Of a stretch of 56,784 bases of DNA, positions 41,430 to 54,625 are shown piece by piece. A program made the translations under genes and the position numbers. The stretch is taken from contig CAZVES010000001.1 of assembly GCA_964625835.1 (NCBI GenBank), positions 1 through 56,784 on the forward strand, written 5' to 3'. This DNA comes from an uncultured Hyphomonadaceae bacterium (GTDB lineage: Bacteria > Pseudomonadota > Alphaproteobacteria > Caulobacterales > Hyphomonadaceae). Numbering within the stretch: the first letter of the stretch is position 1; each line of letters begins with the position of its first letter. The notes under the pieces are model-generated. The model was not told where the DNA came from. It made no database searches and was given only the letters and a program-made list of their open reading frames with translations.

Positions 41430-42151
41430 CAATGCCCGTGACACCTCATCCACATTTCTGCATCCTCCAGTGCACCCGGATCGCCGATATGCAGCCAGAA
41501 CGCATCCAGAGGCAGGCCGTGGAGGCGACCCGCGGCGAGCATGGGCTCCCACAGTCGGTTTGCAGAAAACCTCTCGACGGGGAGCCCGTCAAACGTCGCA
41601 GGATTGGCGATCCGAACGCCGGCATAGGCCCAGGGTGCCGTGCTGGCCTCACCGCGCCTGACGAGTGCCCCGGTCTCGCTGCGGAAGAAGTCCCCCGCGC
41701 CCTTGAAGCCGAGGCTGCGCCCGGTGTCGGCCAGCAGCAGCAGTTCATCCATGCTGGATGCGTCGTAGGCGTCCACCAGCGCCTCGAGCGGCTGCGCCGT
41801 GGGCGGGGCCCAAATGGCGTCCGTGTTGAGAATGAAGACCGGCTCGTCGCCAAGCAAGGGCCTGGCCTTGGCCAGCGCGCCACCGGTTTCGAGCAATTCG
41901 CTGCGCTCGTCAGAGATCACGATCTCCGCATCAGTTCGTGCGGCAAAGTGGGCCTCAATCTGGTCGGGCAGCCAGTGGACATTCACCACGAGGCGTCTGA
42001 CCCCGGCCTCAACGAGTGCGTCGACAAGCCGGTCTATCATCGCTCGTCCAGACACTTTCAGAAGCGGCTTGGGGGTGTCATTGGTCAGGGGGCGCATCCG
42101 CGTGCCGAGGCCGGCGGCCAGCAGGAAAGCGGTGTGGGGCATGGCCGTCAT
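41429..42151 (-). CDS. murU: nucleotidyltransferase, MurU-like (N-acetylmuramate-1-phosphate uridylyltransferase family)
   Basis: N-terminus MTAMPHTAFLLAAGLGTRMRPLTNDTPKPLLKV (sugar-nucleotidyltransferase G-x-G-T-R motif). ATG 42151 overlaps the upstream stop (ATGA). The remainder of the ORF-track entry (to 42472) lies inside amgK. Confidence 0.7.
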   Translation of the reverse strand: MTAMPHTAFLLAAGLGTRMRPLTNDTPKPLLKVSGRAMIDRLVDALVEAGVRRLVVNVHWLPDQIEAHFAARTDAEIVISDERSELLETGGALAKARPLLGDEPVFILNTDAIWAPPTAQPLEALVDAYDASSMDELLLLADTGRSLGFKGAGDFFRSETGALVRRGEASTAPWAYAGVRIANPATFDGLPVERFSANRLWEPMLAAGRLHGLPLDAFWLHIGDPGALEDAEMWMRCHGH

Positions 42152-43254
42152 CGCGCGCGCTCCGTTATGTGTGGGGCGACCTCCGCGATGAATTCGGCCA
42201 TGGCAGACACAGCAGGCTCTCGCAGGTTGAGGGCGAGAATGTCGAGCTGGCGGGGCAGGAAGGCCTTGTAGCGGGGCTTGTTGTCCCGCCGGATCAGCCT
42301 GGCAAAGAGGCCGGCGATGCGCAGGGCATTCAGCGTGCCGATGACCGCGAGTTGTTCGGTAAGCGTTTCCTCTTCGGTTTTGCCATGGGCGAGATAGGCC
42401 GAGAGGGCCGCATCTCGTGCGGCGGGCGAGACTTCCCGGCGGGCATCCTGGGTCAGCATGGCCATGTCCCATCCTGCCCAGCCGCGCACCGCGTCCTGGA
42501 AGTCAAGCAAGCCCACCCGCGCCAGTCCTGAGCGAGCGGGCAGCCAGAGCAGGTTTTCGGCATGGTAGTCGCGCAGGGTGAAGACCCGCTCATAGGCCAC
42601 CGCGCGGGCAATCAGGCCGTCGCGTTCCTCGCTCCAGCGCGCCGCCGCAGCCTCGCCCCAGTGCACATCCGGGTCAAACCGGGGATACCATTCGGCAAAC
42701 AGGTCAGCATTGGTGCGCAGGGCCAGGGCGTCGAAGTCCAGGATCGGCCAGGTGTGGCCATGGCCTTCGGCGGCACTGGGGGCAGGCGAGGCATGGAGCT
42801 GGCCGAGAAGGTCGCCGGCAGCGGCATAGAGCTCGGTTTCGCGTTCGGCGCCTCGCTCGATCAGCCTGGCAAATTCGCGCCCCTCGCCGAAATCCTCGAT
42901 CAGGGCGAGGCCCGTTTCGGCATCGGCGGCATAGATGCCGGGCGCAGACAGGCCACGCCGGCGGAGTTCCTCCGCGACAGCGGCAAAGGCATCGACGCGT
43001 GAGGCGGCCAGCCGCGTGGCCGCGTTCCAGCCGAGGGCCTCGCGCGTCGCCTCGTCGGCCCCCGGCGGGCAGGGCGGCTGTTCCACGCCCGGCGCGTCCA
43101 TCAGCATGGCGCTCACACCGTCGTCGCGCACCAGCCTCGTGTAGGAACGGGTGGAGGCGTCCTGCCCGAGGGGATGGCGAGCCGCGAGCGACCAGCCTTC
43201 CCGCTCAAGGAAGGCTTCGACCTCTGTGCTGCGTTGTTCACTCGGCAAGGGCAT
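42148..43254 (-). CDS. amgK: aminoglycoside-phosphotransferase-fold kinase, AmgK-like (anomeric MurNAc/GlcNAc kinase family)
   Basis: 368 aa with APH-fold catalytic motifs (...LRDYHAENLLWLP... and ...GLLDFQDAV...). It is paired with the murU-like gene. Confidence 0.65.
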   Translation of the reverse strand: MPLPSEQRSTEVEAFLEREGWSLAARHPLGQDASTRSYTRLVRDDGVSAMLMDAPGVEQPPCPPGADEATREALGWNAATRLAASRVDAFAAVAEELRRRGLSAPGIYAADAETGLALIEDFGEGREFARLIERGAERETELYAAAGDLLGQLHASPAPSAAEGHGHTWPILDFDALALRTNADLFAEWYPRFDPDVHWGEAAAARWSEERDGLIARAVAYERVFTLRDYHAENLLWLPARSGLARVGLLDFQDAVRGWAGWDMAMLTQDARREVSPAARDAALSAYLAHGKTEEETLTEQLAVIGTLNALRIAGLFARLIRRDNKPRYKAFLPRQLDILALNLREPAVSAMAEFIAEVAPHITERAR

Positions 43255-43683
43255 GGACCATGTCCTGCCAGTCTTCGCCGATCCATTCCAGCGTCGCGCG
43301 GCGCCATTCGCCTACAATTTCGAGGGAAATCGTCATCCGCCAGACCGGAAGGCGCGCGCCGGCCTTGCCCGGCCATTCGATCAGGGCGAGGCCATCCAGC
43401 GTGTCTTCCCAGCCCAGTTCGTCCAGGTCGGCGGGGTCATCGAGACGGTAGAGGTCGAAATGGTAGATCGGGAAGTCCGGCCCGTCATAGGTCTGCACGA
43501 GGGTGTAGGTCGGGCTTGGCACATCGGTCGGCTCGCCGAGAAGGGCCGAGACGAGGGCGCGGCAGAAGGTGGTTTTCCCCGCGCCTAGCCCGCCTTCCAG
43601 CGCGATGACCTGGCCCGCGCGAAGGTGCGGTGCGATGCGCCGGGCAAGGGCCTGCGTCGCGGCGAGATCTGGTAGATCGAGGG

Positions 43684-43687
<4 letters not shown>
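43238..43687 (-). CDS. tsaE: tRNA t6A37 biosynthesis ATPase TsaE
   Basis: 149 aa with P-loop LEGGLGAGKTTFCRAL and a YjeE-like ...HFDLYRL... motif. Confidence 0.85.
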
Positions 43688-46842
<3,155 letters not shown>

Positions 46843-46879
46843 CCTTTCCAGCGTGGCTGCGAGCGCCTATTCATCTGGA

Positions 46880-47809
46880 ATGACACCCGCGCTTCTCATC
46901 CACGGTCCGACAGCAGGCGGCAAGACCCAATTGGCCATTGCCCTGGCCGAAGCCGTGAATGGCGAAATCATCAATGCCGATTCGATGCAGGTTTACAGCG
47001 ACCTGAACCTGCTGACGGCGCGTCCTGGCGAAGAAGAACTCGCCACAGTGCCACACCACCTGTTTGGCCACGTGGACGCGGCGGAGCGATACAATACAGG
47101 CCTTTGGTTGGACGAGGCCGAAAGGGCAATCGCGGACGTCGTCCGGCGCGGCAAGACCCCTATCCTCGTTGGGGGGACCGGATTGTACTTCCTGGCCATC
47201 ACGCAGGGGTTAAGCGACATCCCGCCGGTGCCTGAAGAGGTGCGGGCCGAGGTGCGCTCGATCCTCCAGACCGAGGGGGCAGATACCATTCGCGCCCGCC
47301 TCGCAGATGCAGATCCGGCCAGCCTCGAGCGCATTGCAGGCGCCGACCGGCAGCGCCTGGCGCGCGCCTATGAAGTCTGGCTCGCGACCGGCAAGTCGAT
47401 CCGCGATTTCCAGGGTGCGCGCAAGCCGCCGGTGCTTGGCGAGGGCGAGTGGCTGGGCATTGCCCTGACGCCCCCCAGGCCAAGGCTCTACCAGAGGATT
47501 GACCGCCGTTTCGAGGGCATGATGATGCAGGGCGCAATGGAAGAAGCGCGCGCGCTTGTCGAGCGCGGCCTGCCATCGGACCTGCCGGCCATGAAGGCGC
47601 ACGGCATGCCGTGGCTGGCCGCCTTTGCACGCGGCGAGATCAGTGCCGAGGAAGCCGCCGACCACGCCAAGCGCGACACCCGCCGATATGCCAAGCGCCA
47701 GTTCACCTGGATCGGCCGCCAGTTTCCTTTCTGGCCAAGGATTCCGAGCCTTGAACTGGCCGAGCGTCGCCGTGTGGTCCTGGCACTTTACAAGGAGGTC
47801 CAGCCCTAG
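46880..47809 (+). CDS. miaA: tRNA dimethylallyltransferase
   Basis: MTPALLIHGPTAGGKTQLAIALAE... with a P-loop, and MiaA-like throughout. The ORF-track start at 46706 overlaps serB on the other strand. Confidence 0.9.
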   Translation: MTPALLIHGPTAGGKTQLAIALAEAVNGEIINADSMQVYSDLNLLTARPGEEELATVPHHLFGHVDAAERYNTGLWLDEAERAIADVVRRGKTPILVGGTGLYFLAITQGLSDIPPVPEEVRAEVRSILQTEGADTIRARLADADPASLERIAGADRQRLARAYEVWLATGKSIRDFQGARKPPVLGEGEWLGIALTPPRPRLYQRIDRRFEGMMMQGAMEEARALVERGLPSDLPAMKAHGMPWLAAFARGEISAEEAADHAKRDTRRYAKRQFTWIGRQFPFWPRIPSLELAERRRVVLALYKEVQP

Positions 47810-47899
47810 GCTGAAATTGATTCCAAATCCTGCGCCATACAAAACATGAATTTGCTCAAAAGGCTCGAGTACCCGAATAAATTACCTCATGTCACCGGG

Positions 47900-47928
47900 T
47901 TGACCCTCAAACGGCGCAAGTTTATTGT
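47900..47928 (+). promoter_or_regulatory. candidate sigma-70-type promoter of the ilv leader (TTGACC-N17-TATTGT)
   Basis: Read directly from the sequence in the AT-richer 292-bp region upstream of ilvI. The -10 element ends 24 nt before the leader-peptide ATG. Confidence 0.4.
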
Positions 47929-47952
47929 GCACGGGCTAGAGGACACGCATCC

Positions 47953-47994
47953 ATGTGCAGTGAGAAACTTGTAATTGTTATCAGGCGTCCATGA
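47953..47994 (+). CDS. ilv leader peptide (13 codons: MCSEKLVIVIRRP)
   Basis: Hand-found, and too short for the ORF track. ATG 47953 is preceded by GAGGA about 10 nt upstream. Five consecutive branched-chain codons (L-V-I-V-I) are followed by TGA at 47992-47994. A terminator hairpin follows 40 nt downstream. Confidence 0.55.
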   Translation: MCSEKLVIVIRRP

Positions 47995-48033
47995 CCGGCT
48001 GACCCAACAGCTGGCCGTGGGCGCGAACACTGG

Positions 48034-48061
48034 GGGTCTCCAACGGAGGCCCTTTTTCTTT
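48034..48061 (+). terminator. attenuator terminator upstream of ilvI
   Basis: GGGUCUCC-aac-GGAGGCCC is an 8-bp stem with one G-U pair, followed by UUUUUCUUU. It ends 41 nt before the ilvI ATG at 48102. Confidence 0.6.
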
Positions 48062-48101
48062 GCCCGCCAATGACCCCAACACCAAGCGCGAAACAGAGAC
48101 G

Positions 48102-49883
48102 ATGAAGCCCAGGACCGAGGACCGCCCCGCCACGAAGGCGCAGAAAACCATGACCGGCGCGCAACTGGTCATCGAAGTCCTGAAGTCTCAGGGCGTCGAC
48201 ACGATGTTCGGATATCCCGGCGGCGCGGTGCTCCCGATCTATGACGCGATGTTCTCCGAGCCGTCCATTCGCCACATCCTGGTGCGCCACGAACAGGGCG
48301 CAGGCCATGCCGCCGAGGGCTATGCCCGCTCCACCGGCCGGTGCGGCGTGGCCCTGGTGACGTCGGGGCCGGGCGCAACGAACATGGTCACGCCCATCGC
48401 CGATGCGATGATGGACTCTATCCCCATGGTCGTCATCACTGGCCAGGTCCCGACCCACCTCATCGGCACGGACGCCTTTCAGGAGTGCGACACGATCGGC
48501 ATCACGCGCTGCTGCGCCAAGCACAATTACCTCGTGACAGACGTGAACGACCTTGCCCGGGTTCTCCATGAGGCCTTTATGGTGGCCACCAGCGGTCGTC
48601 CCGGCCCGGTGGTTGTGGACATCCCAAAGGACATCCAGTTCGCGACCGGCATCTGGGTGGAGAAGGAAGATGTTGCCCGGCGCACCTATCGCCCGCGCAC
48701 CAGCCCCAAGGATGAACGGATCGAACAGGCTGTGGCGCTGATGGCGGCGGCCAAGCGACCGGTCTTCTACACGGGCGGCGGAATTATCAATTCCGGCCCA
48801 CACGCGTCGCAGCTGCTGCGCGATCTCCAGGCGGCGACCGGCTTTCCGGTCACATCGACCCTGATGGGCCTTGGTGCTTTCCCCGCGAGCCATCCCGACT
48901 GGCTCGGCATGTTGGGCATGCATGGTTCCTTTGAAGCCAACAATGCCATGCACGATTGTGACCTGATGATCTGCGTCGGCGCCCGTTTCGATGACCGTGT
49001 GACGGGCCGGATTGACGCCTTTTCGCCGGGTTCGAAGAAGATCCACGTCGACATCGACCCCAGCTCGATCAACAAGGTGATCCGCGTGGATGTTCCGATT
49101 GTCGCCGATTGCGCGCAGGCCCTCGAGGCGATTCTCAAGGCCTGGAAGAAGCGCCGGGGCAAGCGTCCCGACCTCGCGCCCTGGAAAGCCGAGATTGACA
49201 CCTGGCGTGCGCGGCGCTGCTTCGCCTATGGCGACAGTTCCGAAGCCATCAAGCCGCAATACGCCGTCGAGCGGCTTTATGAGCTGACCAAGGACCGTGA
49301 CACCTACATCTCCACCGAGGTCGGCCAGCACCAGATGTGGGCTGCCCAGTTCTACCATTTCGAGGAGCCCAATCGCTGGATGACCAGCGGCGGTCTCGGC
49401 ACCATGGGCTATGGCCTGCCTGCGGCCGTCGGCATCCAGGCGGCCCATCCGGACGCGCTGGTGATCGACATTGCCGGCGAGGCCAGTGTGCAGATGGTGA
49501 TGCAGGAGGTCTCGACCGCGGTGCAGCACAAGCTGCCGATCAAGGTCTTCATCCTGAACAATGAGTGGATGGGCATGGTGCGCCAGTGGCAGGAGCTGCT
49601 CCATGGCGAGCGCTACAGCCATTCCTACAGCGAAGCCCTGCCGGATTTCGTGAAGCTGGCCGAGGCCTATGGCGCCAAGGGCATTCTCTGCGACGACCCG
49701 GCCGAGCTTGACGCGAAAATAACCGAAATGATCGACCATGAGGGCCCGGTCATCTTCGACTGCCGTGTGACCAAGGACGAAAACTGTCTGCCGATGATCC
49801 CGTCGGGAGCAGCGCACAATGAGATGATCCTTGGCGAGATCCAGGGCGATGAGATCGGTGAAGACGGAAAGAGGCTGGTGTAA
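48102..49883 (+). CDS. ilvI: acetolactate synthase (AHAS) large subunit
   Basis: ThDP-enzyme motifs are present (...GYPGGAVLPIYDA..., ...GLGTMGYGLPAAVGIQ..., ...GEASVQMVMQE...NNEWMGMVRQWQ...). The start is ATG 48102 or 48153. The ORF-track start at 48060 is a TTG inside the terminator T-tract. Confidence 0.92.
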   Translation: MKPRTEDRPATKAQKTMTGAQLVIEVLKSQGVDTMFGYPGGAVLPIYDAMFSEPSIRHILVRHEQGAGHAAEGYARSTGRCGVALVTSGPGATNMVTPIADAMMDSIPMVVITGQVPTHLIGTDAFQECDTIGITRCCAKHNYLVTDVNDLARVLHEAFMVATSGRPGPVVVDIPKDIQFATGIWVEKEDVARRTYRPRTSPKDERIEQAVALMAAAKRPVFYTGGGIINSGPHASQLLRDLQAATGFPVTSTLMGLGAFPASHPDWLGMLGMHGSFEANNAMHDCDLMICVGARFDDRVTGRIDAFSPGSKKIHVDIDPSSINKVIRVDVPIVADCAQALEAILKAWKKRRGKRPDLAPWKAEIDTWRARRCFAYGDSSEAIKPQYAVERLYELTKDRDTYISTEVGQHQMWAAQFYHFEEPNRWMTSGGLGTMGYGLPAAVGIQAAHPDALVIDIAGEASVQMVMQEVSTAVQHKLPIKVFILNNEWMGMVRQWQELLHGERYSHSYSEALPDFVKLAEAYGAKGILCDDPAELDAKITEMIDHEGPVIFDCRVTKDENCLPMIPSGAAHNEMILGEIQGDEIGEDGKRLV

Positions 49884-49885
49884 CG

Positions 49886-50065
49886 ATGTTGAGACTTGTG
49901 AAAACAACCGAAAAGCCTCGTCCCGCCACGGGTCTGACCATGGGCGGGCCTCCGCCGCAGCGCATTCCCAATCCAGCGCCGGGCCTGACCTATGCGCAGG
50001 AGTTTGCGGGCGGCCAGAAGGCTGCGAGCCGCCCCGCATTGCGGGTCGTTTCGAGCCAGGTTTAA
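49886..50065 (+). CDS. possible 59-codon ORF immediately after ilvI (Pro-rich, unknown)
   Basis: Hand-found, one codon below the apparent 60-aa cut-off of the ORF track. ATG lies 2 nt after the ilvI TAA. The product is MLRLVKTTEKPRPATGLTMGGPPPQRIPNPAPGLTYAQEFAGGQKAASRPALRVVSSQV. Third-position G+C is roughly 70 percent by hand count, and the only RBS candidate is a weak AAGAGG 11 nt upstream. Confidence 0.25.
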   Translation: MLRLVKTTEKPRPATGLTMGGPPPQRIPNPAPGLTYAQEFAGGQKAASRPALRVVSSQV

Positions 50066-50190
50066 CCCGCCGGAAAACCGCCAGAACCATGACCAGATTC
50101 GCATTCGCTTGCGCGCGCCCAGGAGTGTTGCCGCAGCCCGCCCCGCCGTGCCAAAACCCACGCGACGGGTGCGAGCAGGAGAGTGAAGCC

Positions 50191-50934
50191 TTGGAGAGCG
50201 GGACCATATCAGCCCTGTGGGGCAACCATTCCGAAGCGGTGGTTGCCGCCGTGGCCCTTGTCGTCTCACTGGTCAGCGCCTTCATGGCCAGCCGCGCGAA
50301 CCGCACCGCGCAACAGCTTCAGACAGAAGCGCTGAGCATGGAGGTTGACCGCGCCTGCCTTGAATGGGGCCACGAGGCGATCGACGCCATGGCCGAGGCC
50401 CGCGCGCTGGTCGATGCGCCCCAGGCCTTTGGCAGCCAGCTTGAATTCGAAAAGGCAAGGGCGAGCCTGTCGGGCAGGCTGTCTGGCCTGGCCGACCGTG
50501 GCAGGCTGTTCTTCCTGAATTACGACCCCGACGAGCCCCAGCCCGACACGGAAAGCGCCTATCAGGGATCCCGCCCGGCCATCCTGTTTCCCCTGATCTT
50601 CGCCCATTATGAGTTGGAGGCCATCCGCTCGGTCATTCCGACCGATACAAAGGCCCTGTCCCAGTTCATGTTCGAGTGCCGTCGCCTGTTTGTCAGCGAG
50701 CTGCAGGACTATGTTGATCCAGCGCGCCGCCAGGCTGCAAGCCGGCGCGAGGATCCGCGGTTCGGAGCCAACAGGGCACCGGCGATGCGGCGCGCGGCCG
50801 AACTGGCCCTGGACATCGAATTGCGTCGCCCTGGCCTGCTCATGCAGTTCAGGGATCAGGGCATCCTTGATCGCATTCCAGCCGAGGAACGCAAACAGCG
50901 CCTGCAAGACGCCCAGAGGCGGGAGACCCCATGA
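50191..50934 (+). CDS. hypothetical membrane-anchored protein inserted between ilvI and ilvH
   Basis: This is part of ORF-track entry 49831..50934. I prefer TTG 50191, which has AGGAG at 50177-50181 (9 nt upstream); an alternative is ATG 50089. The N-terminal helix is AVVAAVALVVSLVSAFMA. The remaining ~220 aa have ordinary soluble-protein composition and GC-rich third positions. The TGA overlaps the ilvH ATG (ATGA at 50931-50934). I recognise no family. Confidence 0.55.
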   Translation: MESGTISALWGNHSEAVVAAVALVVSLVSAFMASRANRTAQQLQTEALSMEVDRACLEWGHEAIDAMAEARALVDAPQAFGSQLEFEKARASLSGRLSGLADRGRLFFLNYDPDEPQPDTESAYQGSRPAILFPLIFAHYELEAIRSVIPTDTKALSQFMFECRRLFVSELQDYVDPARRQAASRREDPRFGANRAPAMRRAAELALDIELRRPGLLMQFRDQGILDRIPAEERKQRLQDAQRRETP

Positions 50935-51472
50935 CCGACACGCCGGCTTCTGCCTATGACATGACCCATGGCGACGAGGCGGTGGAGAAGCGCACTCTCG
51001 CCGTGATGGTGGACAATGAGCCGGGCGTGCTGGCGCGCGTTGTCGGCCTTTTTTCCGCACGCGGCTACAATATCGAGAGCCTGACCGTGGCGGAGGTGGA
51101 CCGCTCGCGCCATCGCTCGCGCATCACCATCGTCACGCGCGGCTCGGCCCACACGCTGGAGCAGATCGAGGCCCAGCTCCTGCGGCTGGTCCCCGTGGAC
51201 AAGGTGGTCGACATCACCAAGTCCCGGCGCGGCGTTGAGCGCGAGTTGGCACTTGTGAAGGTGGCCGGCAAGGGCGCTGACCGGGTCGAGGCGATCCGCA
51301 TGGCAGAGATTTTCCGCGCCAATGTGATCGATACCACCTCGGAAAGCTTCGTCTTCGAGATCACCGGCGCGAGCGAAAAGATCGACCAGTTCCTGGAGCT
51401 CATGGTGCCCCTGGGCCTGGTCGAGGTCTCGCGCACCGGCGTCCTCTCCATCCGCCGCGGGAAGGAGCCGGG

Positions 51473-51476
<4 letters not shown>
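50931..51476 (+). CDS. ilvH: acetolactate synthase small (regulatory) subunit
   Basis: 181 aa with ACT-domain start ...RTLAVMVDNEPGVLARVVGLFSARGYNIESLTV... and an AHAS small-subunit C-terminal domain. Confidence 0.92.
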
Positions 51477-53649
<2,173 letters not shown>

Positions 53650-53716
53650 CGCTGTGCTATTATATTGACTTTCGTTGCGGTGTGAAACATTGCTTCTTTT
53701 CTTTGCACGGCGTGTA

Positions 53717-54460
53717 TCAGAACCCGAAAACCAGACCCGCAAGTGCGGTGAACAAGGGTATGCAGACGGCCAGCGCCACAGGCGTTCCGATACTTTTAGA
53801 AGCGCCGATAGAAGAGGACGGATTTGTACCCGGAATGCCGGCTCGCAGGGTTGGCGGTCCTGAAATGTCGGGATTGGATGACGCGATCACAGCGAGGATG
53901 ATCACGCCGCCGGGACTGAGCCCCACGGTTTCATGGGCAACCCATCCCAGGCCAAACCCGATGAGACCGTGAACAATCGGGCCTGTGAAAGCGTAGGCGA
54001 TATACCAGTGGGCGACCCGGCGAAGTTCCGCCAGCCGCGACCATGCCTCCATCCCCATCACCAGCATCAGGATCGACAACAGGCCGCGGAAAAGCGCGTC
54101 ATAGAACTCCTCATAGACACGGGTGGGCGGGACAAGAAAGCCAATGGCCTGTCCAAGCATCAGCGCAGACAGGGCAGACCCTCGCAAGCTGTCCATAATG
54201 ATGCCGCCAATGCTTGGTTTTGCGCCGTTGCCATTGCGCCTGCGGGCGTGCAGGCCCGCCAGAACAATAGCGAGAACTGGAGCCGGAATATCCATGAACG
54301 GGTCGAGAGCCCAGGCCCACGCCTCGAAGGGAATGTTTTCTTTTTCAAACACGATCATGGCCGCCGCCAGCGTGGACGCGCTGACGGCACCAAAGAGCCC
54401 CGATGTGGCAAGGGCGTCATCGCGCTGGACACCGGGCAGAAATGCCAGCGTCGAGGCACC
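53717..54460 (-). pseudogene. sbtA: 5'-truncated sbtA homologue (sodium-dependent bicarbonate transporter family, PF05982-like)
   Basis: The ORF-track entry is 53717..54358. My hand translation shows the frame stays open upstream to a TAA at 54463-54461, reading GASTLAFLPGVQRDDALATSGLFGAVSASTLAAAMIVFEKENIPFEAWAWALDPFMDIPAP.... From memory, the sequence parallels cyanobacterial SbtA from about residue 85-90 onward (...DALATGGLFGAVSGSTMAAA...YEAWAGALYPFMDIPA...; ...FRGLLSILMLIMGMEAWSR...; ...DISGPPTLRAGIP...). The N-terminal ~85 residues (first TM helices) have no room to exist, because a tRNA-like gene starts 2 nt beyond the stop. Confidence 0.6.
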
Positions 54461-54464
54461 TTAT

Positions 54465-54549
54465 GGATGGGTGGCCGAGTGGTTAAAGGCAGCAGACTGT
54501 AAATCTGCCCGCATAGCGTACACAGCTTCGAATCCTGCCCCCTCCGCCA
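54465..54549 (+). tRNA. tRNA-Tyr(GTA)-like gene, class II with long variable arm; stems carry uncompensated mismatches (possibly degenerate)
   Basis: Hand fold of the 85 nt ending in an encoded CCA. The D arm is GCC/GGC. The anticodon stem GCAGA/TCTGC has loop CTGTAAA (GTA at 54499-54501). The variable arm is CGC-ata-GCG and the T loop is TTCGAAT. However, acceptor pair 4:69 is T-C, T-stem 49:65 is A-C, 53:61 is C-C (normally the invariant G53-C61), and the discriminator is G rather than the usual A. Confidence 0.6.
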
Positions 54550-54625
54550 TGCCTTCCGAATGATCCTTCGATGATGGTCGGGCGCGAGGCTTGACAACAG
54601 GCTCGCCCGATCGGGAGGGATACCT

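Noticed and set aside
41429-43254. Cell-wall recycling genes (amgK/murU-like) embedded next to DNA-repair genes addBA as a possible new functional link
   Set aside because: As far as I recall, this neighbourhood (tsaE, kinase, nucleotidyltransferase, addB, addA, trxA) is broadly conserved in alphaproteobacteria. It is noted only as part of the overlap-chain observation.
47922-50306. 794-aa minus-strand ORF, the longest uncalled ORF in this part of the track
   Set aside because: It is antisense to ilvI, which carries unmistakable ThDP-enzyme motifs. Its translation is Arg/Gly/Ala/His-rich with no recognisable domain, which is the typical shadow ORF of GC-rich DNA.
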